Of a stretch of DNA of 64,000 nt, positions 11,014 through 24,879 are shown piece after piece; within the stretch, counting starts at the first letter, position 1, and the number at the start of each line of letters is the position of its first letter. This DNA is from Chiloscyllium plagiosum (taxonomy: Eukaryota). The notes below the pieces were generated by a model. The model was not told the origin of the DNA and made no database searches. It saw only the letters and a list, made by a program, of their open reading frames with translations. Made by a program: the position numbers and the translations under genes. Where the stretch lies: contig NC_057718.1 of NCBI RefSeq assembly GCF_004010195.1, forward strand, positions 90,873,353 through 90,937,352, written 5' to 3'.

Positions 11014-11400
11014 ATAGAAATGCAAAAAATAGCCTGCTCTGCCATTCAATATCATGATGGCTGATTGTTCAATTCATTATCCCTGTTCTCTCCCTTCCCT
11101 TGATCCCCTAACTGCTCACAACTCCTCCTTGAAAGCATTCAACGTTTTGGCCTCCTCCACTATGGTAGTGAATTCCCCAGGCTCACCACTCTCTGGGAGA
11201 AAACATTCTCCTCATCTTGGTTCTAAACGGCCTTAAACTGTGAACCGTAGTTCTGGATTTCTTGGTCACCAGGAACATCCTTCCTGGGTTTACCCTGTCT
11301 GGATCTGTTACATTTAATACATATTTTTGAGATTCCACCTCTCCCCCAACCGCAATTCTTCTAAACGTCAGTAAACATAGAGCTAACTGATCAAATCTCT
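11014..11400 (-). mobile_element. CR1 3' fragment
   Basis: Antisense CR1 tail (catagaaa...gccattcaatatcatgatggctgat) and ORF2 end. Confidence 0.65.
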
Positions 11401-11496
11401 CTTGAATAAGGGTAGGGAACTCAAGTTGGGAGAAACTCTGCCATTTGGGATAGTCAAGCAGTCTTGAGGGCCAAATGGCCTACTTCTGCTACTAAT

Positions 11497-11850
11497 TCAT
11501 AGAGTCATAGAGATGTACAGCATGGAAACAGACCCTTCGGTCCAACTCGTCCATGCTGACCAGATATCCCAACCCAATCTAGTCACACCTGTCAGCACCC
11601 GGCCCATATCCCTCCAAATCCTTCCTATTCATATACCCATCCAAATGTTGCAATTGTACTAGCCTCCATCACATCCTCTGGCAGCTCATTCCACCCTCTG
11701 TGTGAAAAAGTTGCCCCTTAGGTCACTTTTATATCTTTCCCCTCTCACCCTAAACTTATGCCTTCTAGTTCTGGACTCCCCGACCCCAGGGAAAAGACTT
11801 TTTCTATTTATTCTATCCATGCCCCTCATAATTTTGTAAACCTCTACAAA
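11497..11850 (-). mobile_element. HER1/CR1 3' fragment
   Basis: catagagtcatagagatgtacagcatggaaacagacccttcgg tail. Confidence 0.85.
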
Positions 11851-14431
11851 TGTTCTAATATTTGACAGAGCAGGAGTAAGCCGTTAAAAGTTCCTCATGT
11901 TTGCTGCAGCATTCATAGAGATCATGATTGAGCTGTGACCTAACTCATATCAGCCTTTGTCCCATATTCCTTAAATCTTCAATGTTGGATTGAAAATTAA
12001 CAATTCATTGAATGCCATTCCCATAAGAGGATTCCAAATGTCTACCACTATTTGCCCGGGCAAGTTCTCTTAACATCACCTACAAAGAAGCTGGTTTTAA
12101 TTTATGGATTATTCCCCCAAGGTTAATTAGGCAAATTATTATCAACTCATAGCCCTGTTTCGATTAATTCGTCACTGTGAAATGACGGGTTAAATAGCTT
12201 AAATTCAATGCAATTTATTTTTGCAATCAAGTTCTTCCTTTGTCAGTAAATGGAAAATATGAGTTTTGAATAATTAACTCTGTTTCTCTGTCCACAGATG
12301 CTGCTAGGCCTGCTGAGTTTCTCCAGCAATTGTCAATTTTATTTCTTCCTTTTGAATGCCCTGGCATTTTTCCATAATTAAAACAATGCCAGCTAACATC
12401 ATCCTGATGATCAATAACTAAGTTGTCAAATAGTATCTCCCTTGCATCAACACGTGTCAAAATGTCAACTTAATTCTTATTAATAACAATAGAAATGGGT
12501 CTTTTGGAAGGAGTAACCCTGTTTCACATATGTCAGCAGAGTACACCATGCGTTCATGTTCTTAGTATGAACATTCATGTACAATGATTTGAAAGTCATA
12601 CAGGAATGCGTCCCACTTCAGGGACCACAGTGCCAATATGAAAGCATTCCAATTTGGACCTCTTAGGACGGTTGATGAGTTCTGTTTTAATCACGGCTCT
12701 AGTTATTTCCTTCTATTGTTGGAGTAAATTGTGATCAAAATTTATGTTGTGTTGATTTTCACAAGGAATTTTCCCTGCACTTTTCCCCCAAGTTCCCATG
12801 CAGTTAAATACTTCAAAAATGTCACTAGTTTGCCAAGAAATTGTCTGCTTCGGTCAGAATTTTATCTGGATCAGGAATTGTGCAAATCCCGTTGGGAATT
12901 TAAACATTCCAATCGATGCAGCTGAGTTAATCCTCTATCCACTAATTGGACTGCAAACAAAAGTGGAAGACTGGCCAAACACTGTTATTATAAGTTAACA
13001 TGATTATATATTGAGGATGCGCTGTTTCGTCTTGATATTTAGCAGTGGTTTATGTTTTCAAAATGTGGAGTGTTCTTAAAAATAGAAACGTAGAATTAGT
13101 GGACTGGGTGGTGCAATGTGTAGGAATACTGGTCTTATCCTCCAGCCCAGATTGTCAGGAGAAAAGTGATCCTAAATGAAATGGATTTGAAAACCCCTCT
13201 AATAGGTTAGGCTTGTCTTCAATATTGGGATCTAGACATTTCACATTCCCCTCTCGCTCCCTTGCCCTTGAGAGGAGCGGGTGGTGGGTTGAGCCACCGT
13301 CTCAAAGCCCAGCAAAGGGAGCTTCACATTGCACTTGACCACGGACTATTCAGCCCTGGGAGTAATTCGATGCTACAGTCTGTGTTCCTCTCTCAAGTTA
13401 GCATTCCTCAGTTTGGTGAGAATGAAGGATGTAAAAAATAATGCAGACAACAATGAAACATTTTCTGCTCAGATGAGAAGTTTGTACAATAGTAATAAGC
13501 AGGGATTGTTTGTACAATAGTAATACACAAGGATTATGTTATGAGATTTAGCAGTAGAACAGAGGGTCAGATTTATGTTGAGCTGGAGTTGACTGCATTA
13601 CACTGTGTGTTCTTGTATTTGACATATCCCAATAAATCTGGTTCAAATTTTTGTCAACCAGATACTTTTCCATTTATCATGCCAATAATAAAATAATTTT
13701 TAAAGGGACCTGTCAAATTGGTTGGTTTTCTTCATGCCCATTTAAAGTTAATTACATAGTCTACTTCCAGAGTAATAATGAATCCTGTTTGAACTAAATC
13801 ACACCATAATGGAAACATGATCCACTATATCACCAAGCCTTTTCACCATAGCATAGGAAATATTCTGCTTTATCTGAGACAGTGTTATTTTTCTATTTAG
13901 AGATCAAAAGGTTGAATAAAAGAAATGCGCAGCTGCAATTTTGTGAAATGTTCTGTCCATTATTTATAACTGCTGCATGTTAGTGTATCTCAGTAAGTAG
14001 GTTAGGACAGCTGACAATCAGTATGGCTCAATCTTTACCCCCATAGCATATGCCGTTGTCCACCTGTTTTGTGATTCACCTACAGATATCCATTAGCCGC
14101 TTTTATTTCTCCTGCTGGCTAATGCCTTTGCACACAGACAGGACGCTCAGTCCCAATTTCCCGTCACAACAGCAGTGAAAGATTGAAGAGAAGCCCCAGA
14201 GAAACAGAATGAAAAGCCGTTGCATCAGGCACCAACTGAAGTTGCTTTGGAAGTGGGTGAATCTGCCCTCCTCACTGGGGAATTGCCTGACACCTCCATC
14301 CGCTTTATATGAGCTTGAAGGAAAGAACATAAGTCATCAACATTTGTACTTATGGATTACAGGTAGTTAGAACCTTGCCCTTCTTTTATGATTGAGGTTG
14401 ATCCCAGAACACTACGTAAGGGGCTTGCTTT

Positions 14432-14731
14432 GATTAAATTAGATTCCCTACAGTGTGGAAACAGGCCCTTCGGCCCAAGCAGTCCACACCGACCCTCCAA
14501 AGAGTAACCCACCCAGACCCATTTCCCTCTGACTAATTGACCTAACACTATGGGCAATTTAGCATGGCCAATTCACCTGACCTGCACGTCTTTGGACTGT
14601 GGGAGGAAACCCACGCAGACACGGGGAAGAATGTGCAAACTCCACACAAACAGTCACCCAAGGCTGGAATTGAACCTGGGGCCCTGGTGCTGTGAGGCAA
14701 CAGTGCTAACCACTGAGCCACCGTGCCACCC
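14432..14731 (-). mobile_element. HE1-type SINE
   Basis: Full head-to-tail match with (AATCT)n-type tail. Confidence 0.88.
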
Positions 14732-15235
14732 CAAAGTGCAACAAATACATCAAATTCTTCTGGGTTTCCCTGAGTGTCTTTCAACCACTAGGAATGGGAA
14801 TTGTTGATTCACACTGAGGTGAAACTTCCACAGTCAATTTCTTTATTAATCACAAGATGTTTTATCTTTGCGATTGCATTTGAACACTTAAGGTCTCAGC
14901 CAGGGCTTTTAACGCATGGCAACATGACCTCCCACTTCCAAGAGCTTCAGCCTTGCAATTAGCTTATTTTTCCCAGGTCTCCCTTACTTTAATCGCAAAT
15001 AACACAAAAAAGTTTTTTTTTAACAGGAGATTAATCTTTAAACCCCAAAACCTCCAGGACAATCCTGGAGAGTAAGCAACACAAACCATGCATACCAAAG
15101 TCATGTGTGGTGATATACCAGGGATGTCTGAGCAGGTTTATCTTTTAAAATGGTTTGTAAGAAAGCTTTATGTATGTTGTTTTGCTTCATAATGGTGAAT
15201 GGCAGCCTGTACAGCAGGAAGAAGGTAATCGTCTT

Positions 15236-15398
15236 CATAGAATCATAGAACCCCTTCGGTATGGAAACAGGCCATTTGGCCCAACAAGTCCACACTGACC
15301 CTCCAAAGAATAACCCATTCCCCTATCCTACCACTCTACATTTCCCATGACTACTGCCACCAACCGACACATGCTTGAATACTATGGGTAATTTAGCT
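15236..15398 (-). mobile_element. HE1-type SINE, 3' part
   Basis: catagaatcatagaa..tggaaacaggccatttggcccaacaagtccacac. Confidence 0.7.
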
Positions 15399-16851
15399 TG
15401 TTGAAAACATTGTGAAGGATCAGATAATAACCAGGTTCATAGCAAAGAAATCAGACTCAGAAGGAAATTAGTTTGGACTGGTCTAAACACAGCTCACCCC
15501 TCTAAAAATGCTTGAAATTCACATCTTATTTAAGAGGAACATTGCAAGAAGATAAAAATAAAAATTATTCATTTAACTTTCACCGTTAATTTGCAGCTCA
15601 CAAAAAATGGCAGTTTATAAAAAGGTGTTGTGACTGACCCTGTATTGTATCCCCTACTCCCCACCTCTATACAATTTTTAACAAATGAGTCTGCGATAAC
15701 ATTATGATTGAAGGATTTGATCTCAATGAGTAATGTCAACTGTCTCCAATTGACACTGATCTGTTTCTGGACTTAATGGTAAACAAAAATAGCAGGCCCA
15801 GATCCAATGCTTTCGTTATGACTTCTGAAGCCTTTACTGGGGGTTTGGAAGCTATTTTTCACTTGCACGGCCCAGATAGCCTCAGCGGTAGTGGCGCATT
15901 GTTATTGATGAAAGTATTTTTTCAGTACTTCACTGGGGAATCAAATGGTCACTCAGTGCTTCGATTATATTGTAATAAAATTGTAACTAAGTGAGAGTCT
16001 CTCAGGTAGCCCTTGATCTTGTGTGATAGCAAGTTTGCAATCCATTTTAGATTTCTTTGCGGACTTTGGAAATAAAAATCGTATGGATGTAAAACAAAGC
16101 AGTGATTTTGCTGTCCACTGCTTTTATCTCTGTACAAAGTCAAGATCCAGTCCTGCTGCCTTCAAACGCTGAGCGCCATCAAATGTTTAGTCATGAATCC
16201 CTTACTCCAGACTGAACCCAAATGAATTTTGTTCAGCCCTTTTCAATTCCTTTTCTTTTGGTTTAATCATTGGATATTAGCTGTTGAATGTTTACAACAG
16301 CACATTGCATCTCTGTATCTCCCTCTCACTGCACTGAACCGACACTTCAATCACAATGAATACGTTCTAATGGAGTAGGGAAGGAAAGAGAGCTTTCCCG
16401 TCAGCTCTGTAAAAGGCAGCCGTTTGGATAAAGTGGAGTTTGTACAAAATGAATTACGTTATCCCCTGTTTTGGAACCAGTGACATTGTGCATTTCAGGT
16501 GAACATAGAAAAAAACTTCATAAAGTTTTTTTTCCCTTGTGATTCAGTATTGTATTATTTAGAATCAAAGTTGTTTTACAAGTTGGCAAGTACTTTTCTA
16601 CTTGGCTCTATATGCACTGCTTCTATAAAGCCTCTTGTTAATTTATTGCACTGTATGTATTTGTAATCTCTTAAAACCTTGTAATAGTTTCTGCTTGTGC
16701 CGAAAATGTCGAAACTGGTTGCTTCATGCACTTGGTTTTAAAATCACTGAAAAAAGAAACCAGTTCTTCTTGTGAGGAATGTTGAAATTTGAAGACAACA
16801 GTTACTTTTGTAGATATTTAACTCTTATTATTTTTCTTGGCCAACTATCAG

Positions 16852-16857
16852 AATAAA
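16852..16857 (+). terminator. Candidate distal polyadenylation signal
   Basis: AATAAA at the end of a UGUA-rich unique island, followed by U/GU-rich sequence. Confidence 0.35.
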
Positions 16858-18450
16858 TTAACTCTTGTTTTCCATGCTGTGCAGTTCCTAGCAGTGAATT
16901 CAATCAAAAGTAGCCTGCTATTTAAAAGCTCATGAATCACTGCACTGAAGCAGTGCTACAGAACTGTCCCCATCCATGGTTTTTATTCTGTACCCCCTAT
17001 AGTTTGCACAGTTAAGAAAGATTGAAGGTACCTGCAGCCAATATCTCTCTATACTAGTCTTTAGTGAAAGTTGACTCCCCATTTACCCTGCTCCTTGTTT
17101 GACTATCTTTGGCATATTCCCGTGACAGATTGGCTAATATTGGATACAGCATGTGAGTAACAGCATGGATAAGCTGGCGCCTTCCAGCTTCATGCCAGAC
17201 TTTCGGGTCTTCAGTGCATTGTGATGCCAAATCAGTTCCATTTTTGTTTTTAACCAAATACAAAGAGCAATGTTTTGCCCTGTTCTCACTCAAGTCCCGA
17301 AAGCTTTTGTGAAATACCTACTGTACTGATGCATGTGATTTAAGTATACTCTACCTTCTTTAAAGGGAAAGTAGGAACAGTTGCTTTACTGTCTGCTAGT
17401 CTCTTATGAATAAAGTTTCAAAAATGCACAATCTGACACACTTTGACTCAAAACCAGTTCTGTACAACTACGTCGCTATCAAAGCACTTCGGTGACCATT
17501 TAACTCCATGGTTAGTGAAGGTAAAATGTTCTACTCGTCAAAGAAAAGGATCTCTTGTAATAGTTTAGACGGCTTGCAGTTCTTCCACTTCAGCAAACGT
17601 TTGACTTGCCTTCTTATTAAGTCTTTTTTTAATGTAGTTGTGGTCACTTACATGGTTGCTTTCCCCAGCATTTTCAGTTTGGGGGTTTCACCTTGAGGCA
17701 GCAGGCAAGTAGGGAAAACAGGGAGCAAAAGCAGATCCCAGACTAAGGACAGAATTGAACGTGGTCAATAGGTGGGGAAGTGTGCCAATACCCAGAGTGA
17801 CGTGCAAGAAATGGAGATCTGGAATGAAAAGATAATAGGAAACAGAGGAGGTGATTCTACATGAAGCTATGGTAGGATTAAAATGCTAGGCTTAGCAACA
17901 GAACAGAACTACAGATTGATAGGAACACAAAAACCACAATGATGGAAAGGAATTTTAACATTCAAGAGTACAGTGTGTTCAGAAAAGAGAGTGACAGGAA
18001 AGAATGCATTTTAAGACCAATGTGACAGACATCTGGGAGTTAATTGGTGATGTTTCTGTGCAAGTGTGTGTTACAAGATAAAAGAAACTGGTTCGATATC
18101 TCAAGAAGAAAATAGTCAATGCTGCTACTACAGACCTATAGGACAACACAAGAATGTGCTCAGTGTTAAGCTGAGGAAGAAGATTGAAAATGGAGAAGTT
18201 TTTCCAGTGGGATTCTTCAATCAACTAAAATTGAACTGCTAAAAGTAGTGAGTTAGAATTGGTAAATGCAATTCATGACTACTCTGCCATCCAGTGTGGC
18301 AAATAAGTCATGAGATGCAGATACTCTTTTCAATCTGATTTCTGCTAATGATTCAGATACCACTTAGGAAATGGAGGTTGTAACTCCTCTGGAGATAATA
18401 ACCACTGAACTTTGGGTTTAACATGATCTGGGTGGTGGGTGTACCCAAGG

Positions 18451-18637
18451 CAGTGATTCTCAACTTTTCTTTGGTCACCTGAGGAGTGCTTCTCAGATTC
18501 CAGGGCCCCCCCCTTTCAAGAAGGGATACAACACAAACAGATAGACAGAAAATCATTTATTATTGAATACCCTGTGACCCCCTTCAAATGTGCCAGGGCC
18601 CCTAAGGGAGCCATATGGCCTCCATTGGGAATGACTG
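18451..18637. mobile_element. Putative hAT/Charlie-like MITE
   Basis: Imperfect terminal inverted repeats cagtgattctcaac / attgggaatgactg (11/14); no clear 8-bp TSD. Confidence 0.4.
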
Positions 18638-18675
18638 GTAGAGGATGATGTTCCTTATAAGTTTTTCACATGTCT

Positions 18676-18964
18676 GGGGTGGCACAGTGGCTCAGTGGTT
18701 AACACTGCTGCCTCACAGGTCCCAGGTTCGATTCCAGCCTCGGGCAACTGTCTGTATGGAGTTTGCATATTCTCCCCGTGTCTGCACGGTTTCCTCCCAC
18801 AGTCCAAAGTTGTGCAGGCCAGGTGAATTGGCCATGCTAAATTGCCTACAGTGTTAGCTGCATTAGTCAGAGGGAAATGGGACTGGGTGGGTTACTCTTC
18901 AGAGAGAGAGTGTGGACTTGTTGGGCCAAAGAGTCTATTTCCACACTGTAGGGAATCTAATCTG
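18676..18964 (+). mobile_element. HE1-type SINE
   Basis: Standard head, V domain and gaatctaatc tail. Confidence 0.85.
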
Positions 18965-19889
18965 ATCATATTCTGCGAAAATGAAAACCTGACTGGTTTT
19001 ACAGCAGATGGTCAAACTATCTGTAAGATCATCAGATGCGATAAGGTCTAGGTTTGACAGTCAGTCATTTTGTGAGGTGCAGTTACTGGAATTTTGCATG
19101 TTTTCAGCTTTGATCAGGAGGACATGATCATCACTGATTGACCTAAGGAGCAGAATTTTATGTTCCACACGAGGATGGTAGGGAGGCATGAAAATGGGCA
19201 CAATGCCATGGACGTCTTTCCCAATGCCTACCAAACTGCACCAGTCCCATTGCGATTTTTATCTCCACTTAAGGGCCAGAGAATTTTTTTTTTAATGTAG
19301 AGATCGGAGATCTAAACCTGTGAGGTCCCATGCCTGAGTTGGTGGAAAAGGGAGACCCTTGGATGCAACAGAGGAACATTCCCCCTTCCTCCTGTCCCCA
19401 CCAAAACAAATGGTTTAGCTCCAACTGGAGTTCCCTTCACCATTTCTGAGCTTGTATTCTTTAGCCCCTAAGTCTCGTTCCCCACCCCACCTCCCCACTC
19501 CAAACCCCGCACCCCCCCCACCACTTACCAGGACCAACGAATCCTGATCCCACCTCAACATACCTCTTCATCCAGCTCCAGCGACAATCTTCACTGGCAA
19601 CTGGTTGCAGTCTCGACAATGGCCACCATTCCTGATGGCATTACTAAGAACAGAGAGCAGCTTGTATCTCTCGGAGCAGGGATGACAGCTTGATGGAGGA
19701 GGGTTGGTTTCACTGCTGACCTTTTTGCCCGGGGCACGGAGTGGGGGGAGGGCAGGAATCCTGGCGATAGATGAAATGTTGTGCAATGCGGTCAAAATTT
19801 GGTCATGGCTCGTTCTACACCCACAGAACTGGTTTGAACACCTCCCCCCCTCCTTTATCTCCTTCTTCCATGGGACATGATTATCAGGG

Positions 19890-20372
19890 AGGAGAAAGTG
19901 AGGACTGCAGATGCTGGCGTTCAGAGTCAAAAAGTATGGTGCTGGAAAAGCACAGCCGGTCAGGCAGCATCCAAGGAGCAGGGGAATCGGCGTTCCAAGC
20001 ATAAGCCCTTCATCAGAAATGTGATGGGGGGGGGGCCAAGGGGCTGAGAGATAAATGGGAGGAGGTGGGGCTGGGGAAAAGGTAGCTGGGAATGCGATAG
20101 GTAGATGAAGGTGGGGAGGGTGATGGTGATAGGTCGGAGCGGAGGGTGGAGCAGATAGGTGGGATAGAAGATGGACAGGTAGGTCAATTCAAGAGGGCAG
20201 TGCCAAGTTGGAGAGTTGGATTGGAAGAAGATAGGAGAAGGGGAGATGAGGAAACTGGTGAAGTCGACAAGTTGATCCTTTGTAGATGGAGGGTCCCAAG
20301 GCGGAAGATGAAGTGTTCTTCCTCCAAGCGTCAGATGGCTAGAAATTGGCAGTGGCGGAGGCCCAGGACTCC
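19890..20372 (-). mobile_element. Penelope-like element 3' fragment (ORF end and pLTR)
   Basis: Minus-strand VLGLRHCQ..RLEEEHFIFRLGTL, typical of the C-terminus after the GIY-YIG domain, plus pLTR with CTGATGA motif. Confidence 0.75.
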
Positions 20373-20719
20373 AGCATCATCAGCAAGGCCAGCATTATCA
20401 AAATGGTTAGGTTCTCCTTGAAGTGTGGTAGCAAGACATTTGCCCTTTCCATCTATATGGTTCACTTTCGGTGTATATTTCTGTCAATGTAACAGCACCT
20501 TTTGTCATTGATAAGTGCAAACTGTCACTATTGATTGGAAAGAGTATTGCCATTAAACCCATTAATCGTCTCTGGGAATGGTCCTTGGGAGGCAGTGAAC
20601 TCGCCCTGCCTAAAATGCACCTTTCCAAAATGCCTCACCAATGCTAGCTCCTGGGAAAATTCAGCTCTAGGTCCCAGCTAAACGTGCTTCCAGCCATTTG
20701 CTTCAAACGTAATCAGAGA

Positions 20720-21168
20720 GTTTGAGTGACCGGGAAAGGCTGAATCGGCTGGGGCTGTTACCCCTGGAGCGTCAGAGGCTGAGGGGTGACCTCATCAAGA
20801 TTTATAAAATCACGAGGGGCATGGTTATGGTAAATAGACAAGGTCTTTTTTCTTGGGTGGGGGAGTCCAGAACTAGAGGGCAGAGATTTAGGGTGAGAGG
20901 GAAAAGATATAAAAGAGACCTAAGAGGCAACTTTTTCACTCAGAGGATGGTATGTGTATGGAATGAGCTGCCAGAAGAAGAGATGGAGGCTGGTACAATT
21001 GCAATATTTAAAAGGCATCTGGATAGGTACATGAATAGGAAGGATTTAGAGGGATAAGTGCCAAGTGCTGACAAATGGGTCTAGATTGGGTTGGGATATC
21101 TTGTCGGCATGGACAAGTTGAACCGAAGGGTCTGTCTCCGTGCTGTACATCTTGATGACTATGACTCT
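20720..21168 (+). mobile_element. HER1/CR1 3' fragment
   Basis: ERLNRLGL..LERQRLRGDLIKIYKI..RTRG..NFFTQR..WNELP; (atgact)n tail. Confidence 0.9.
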
Positions 21169-21306
21169 AAATCTCATTCATCAGTGGATGTCAGCACTGA
21201 ATGCTAGATTAGAATAAGTTTCTTAACTATCAAAAGGCCGGTTGATTGAATAAAGTGAAGGATAACGAGGTGATTAATGAGAAATCACTCAAGTTTATTT
21301 AACATG

Positions 21307-21498
21307 ATTCGGAGATGCCGGTGTTGGACTGGGGTGTACAAAGTTAAAAATCACACAACACCAGGTTATAGTCCAACAGGTTTAATTGGAAGCACACTAG
21401 CTTTCAGAGCGCGCTCCTTCAAGGTGATAGTGCTCCGAAAGCTAGTGTGCTTCCAATTAAACCTGTTGGACTATAACCTGGTGTTGTGTGATTTTTAA
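21307..21498. mobile_element. Penelope family 2 fold-back (palindromic) insertion
   Basis: Near-perfect inverted repeat 21344-21498; flanking duplication aagtttatttaa at 21291-21302 and 21497-21508. Confidence 0.7.
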
Positions 21499-21960
21499 GT
21501 TTATTTAAGTAATTCATAGGATATGGGCTTTAAACAGCAGCATTCATTTTTCATCCTTAACTGGCCGTAACTCAGTGGCTTGCTCCTATCCAGTGTTTAC
21601 AATATTCCCACAGATCAGGAATCACATAAATGCCTGATGCTTAATTGTGGATGAATTCCCCTGAAGGACATTAGTGAATCAGAGGAGCTGTGACAGCAGC
21701 CAGTCACTACAGAGGTCACCATTTCTAATCATTTATTTTACCACGACCAAATCGTCAATTTTACCGATCAAAAGATTGAAAGAACCACCCACCAGGAGCA
21801 GTGCAACACATATAGTGAGGAAAGGAAAAGAGAAGAGGGAGATAAAGTGGAGTCAGAGAGAGAGATGATGCACCCAGGCCCTGCAATGCCCACCTCTCCC
21901 ACCGTCGCTGATATTAATTTTGCAGTCTCGATCTTTACTTCATGAAAGTGAACTTCAGTT

Positions 21961-22055
21961 TCCCTGACAAAGGGCTTTTGCCCGAAACGTCGATTTTCCT
22001 GCTCCTCGGATGCTGCCTGACCTGCTGTGCTTTTCCAGCACCACTCTAATCTAGA
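21961..22055 (+). mobile_element. Penelope pLTR fragment
   Basis: cctgacaaagggcttttgcccgaaacgtcgattttcctgctcctcggatgctgcc. Confidence 0.7.
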
Positions 22056-22401
22056 CTTCAGATTCCCAGCTGCCAGGAAGAGATTTGAACCTCTAGCCTC
22101 AGATCCTTGGCTCAAGTCTCCAGATTGCTCAGGCGACTAAATAACTACTCGGTAACCATTCCAGTGGCTGGAGTCATAGCTGCTGCAAAAGAAGATATTT
22201 GTGGTCTCCGATGTTAATTGCTCCCACCACAGGATGTTACTGTCACTGCTCTGCAGGGAAATGTCCACTTTCTGCTTCATCAGGCACGTAGCTGTTCACT
22301 GACAATTCAACCGTTTTCAATTCCTGGACTGAACAGTGGGACCTGGACAGTTCACATGCCCAGACTTCCAATTGTCAGGTCAGCATTTGTGTCAGACAGT
22401 G

Positions 22402-22756
22402 AATCATAGAATCCCAAGAGTTTGGAAGCAGGCCATTCGCCCCATCGAGCCCACATCGACACTCTGAAGAACATCCCAACCAGACCCGTTCTCCTTACCC
22501 TGTCCCTGGGATCCTGCAGTTCCCATGGATAATCCCCTCTAGCATACACATCCATGGACACTATGGGCAATTTAACTCAGCCAGTTCACCTAACCTGCTC
22601 ATCTCTGGACTGTGGGAGGATACCGGAGCACCCAGAGGAACCCCACGCAGACACGAGGAGAATGTGCAAACTCCATACAGACAGTCCTCTCATGGTGGAA
22701 TTGATCTGGACCCTTTGTACTTTGAGACAGCGGTGCTAACCACTGAGCCACCGTGC
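22402..22756 (-). mobile_element. HE1-type SINE
   Basis: Diagnostic antisense blocks. Confidence 0.8.
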
Positions 22757-22952
22757 ATAGCCAGCTGTTAGCTTTAACTCTGAAACACAATTGTGGAGCC
22801 AGCGAAACGAGTTAAGGATGTGACAACCAGAGTAAACCACAATTTCAGTGAATTACAACAGAACTTGGAAAGCAACTTCATTAAGGGGATAAAACTGGAG
22901 TCATCCTCTCTGTTCCTCAAATTCTCCCGCCGCAACCCCCCCTCCCCCACCC

Positions 22953-22974
22953 CACACACACACACACACACACA
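22953..22974. repeat. (CA)n microsatellite
   Basis: cacacacacacacacacacaca. Confidence 0.9.
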
Positions 22975-23152
22975 ATCCCCTGCAAAGATCTACACTGTGT
23001 TTAAGTCCTGTCCATTTTAACCTGTGTCTTCTCAGGTCTCCACTCAGCCCTATGGCTGCTCATACAGCCCATGCATCTCTATCTACCCCCATGACCCTTT
23101 ATAACTCCTATTATTCTACTGCCCACCTCTATGGCCTTTTTGTGGTTCCTAT

Positions 23153-23530
23153 TCTTATAGCGGTTTATAAAATCATGAAGGGCATGGATAAGATAAATAA
23201 ACAAAGTCTCTTCCCTGGTTGGGGGAGTCCAGAACTAGAGGACATAGGTTTAGGGTGAGAATGGAAAGATTTAAAAGAGACCTAAGGGGCAATGTTTTCA
23301 CGCAGAGGGTGGTATGTGTATGGAATGAGCTGCCAGAGGACGTGGTGGAGGCTGGTACAATTGCAACATTTAAAAGGCATCTGGATGGGTATATGAATAA
23401 GAAGGGTTTGGAGGGATATGGGCCGGGTGCTGGCAGCTGGGACTAGATTGGGTTGGGATATCTGGTCGGCATGGACAAGTTGGACCTAAGGATCTGATTC
23501 CATGCTGTACATCTCTATGACTCTATGATT
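23153..23530 (+). mobile_element. HER1/CR1 3' fragment
   Basis: SRTRGHRFRV..FTQRVVCVWNELPEDVVEA; ctctatgactctatga tail. Confidence 0.9.
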
Positions 23531-24557
23531 CCAATCTTAACACTTTACTTCCCATAGCCCTGCATAGCCTCATGCCAGCTAAGAGCCAGTTAATACCAAC
23601 CCATACCCAAACACACCATCTTTTATCCTGGCACCCACTTTGCCAACTCACCTAATATCAATTATGGGCAGACCTCAATTCTATGCTAAGGTTAAATCAT
23701 GTCCTTAAGCATCTATTGGTGAATTCACTAACTTAGAACAAAACTTGCATTGATTGAAAAAAAAAGAATTCATTATATTTAATTTCTTCTAACCCCCTTA
23801 TAAAAATAAGCATTGAAATTCATAGTCTAACTTCATGGCCATTTGGACCTGACAATCAGATTGTGAACTGACAGGCACCTGCTGCGATATTGAAAGATTG
23901 TGAAATCAGACACGCAGTACTAATCCCATAATGCCCTCAGGCTTGTGTCAACAGACAGAGAGAAAATAGAACATATTGAATAAGTAAGCACTGCAGACCA
24001 TTTTTTTTTTCAAATATTTAAAGGGTAAGAGTTTTAAGTGCTCTCTTTGACCGCTTTCTTGATATTTCTCCTCCCTTGATGGCTACCTTGACAGTTGTCT
24101 CGACAATTCTAATGAGCTTGACAGTCCTAATGAGTTTGTGAACTTTGTACACACATTCATGTTTACTTGTAACAATCCCAACAAACACTTGACCACTCCC
24201 AAAGGTATTCTAGGGCCACATCCAAAAGGATACCTTGTTTTTCCAAAAGGGTAATATACATATTAAAAGAACATTGGAATCTTAATTTTTTTCCTACCAA
24301 GTCTATAATATGCATCTTGTGATTCAGACATCCTACTTGAAACAAATCACAAAATTTGAAGACATCATCACTTTTGCAACTATAGATTTTCACATTAAAA
24401 TCTACTTCCATACTCACCCCACACCCCAGACAGACAGGCGTTCCATCTGGCTGAACATTCAGACCTGTGTGTTTATTTTAATTTCATATCAACATTGAAA
24501 GAATAAGATTTGCAGAGTTAAACACCAACAAGATTTAGAAGTGTAAAATAAGTGTAT

Positions 24558-24879
24558 GGGCGGCATGGTGGCTCAGTGGTTAGCACTGCTGCCTCACAGC
24601 ACCAGGGACTGGTTTTAATTCCAGCCTCGGGTGACTGTCTGTGTGGAGTTTGCACACTCTCCCCGTGTCTGTGTGGGCTTCCACTGGGTGTTCCAGTTTC
24701 CTCCCACAATCCAAAGATGTGCAGGTTAGGTGAATGGACCATGCTAAATTACCCATGGTGTTCAGGGATGTGTAGGTTAGATGCATTAGTCCAGGGTATA
24801 TGTAGAGTAATAGTGTAGGGGAGTGGGTCTGGGTGGGTGTGTTGGGCCAAATGGCCTGCTTCCATATTTTTACTCTATG
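24558..24879 (+). mobile_element. HE1-type SINE
   Basis: Standard head and V domain. Confidence 0.85.

Noticed and set aside
13480..13540. 28-bp tandem duplication (tttgtacaatagtaata), and a similar 26-bp one at 29781-29829
   Set aside because: Ordinary slippage duplications with no sign of function.
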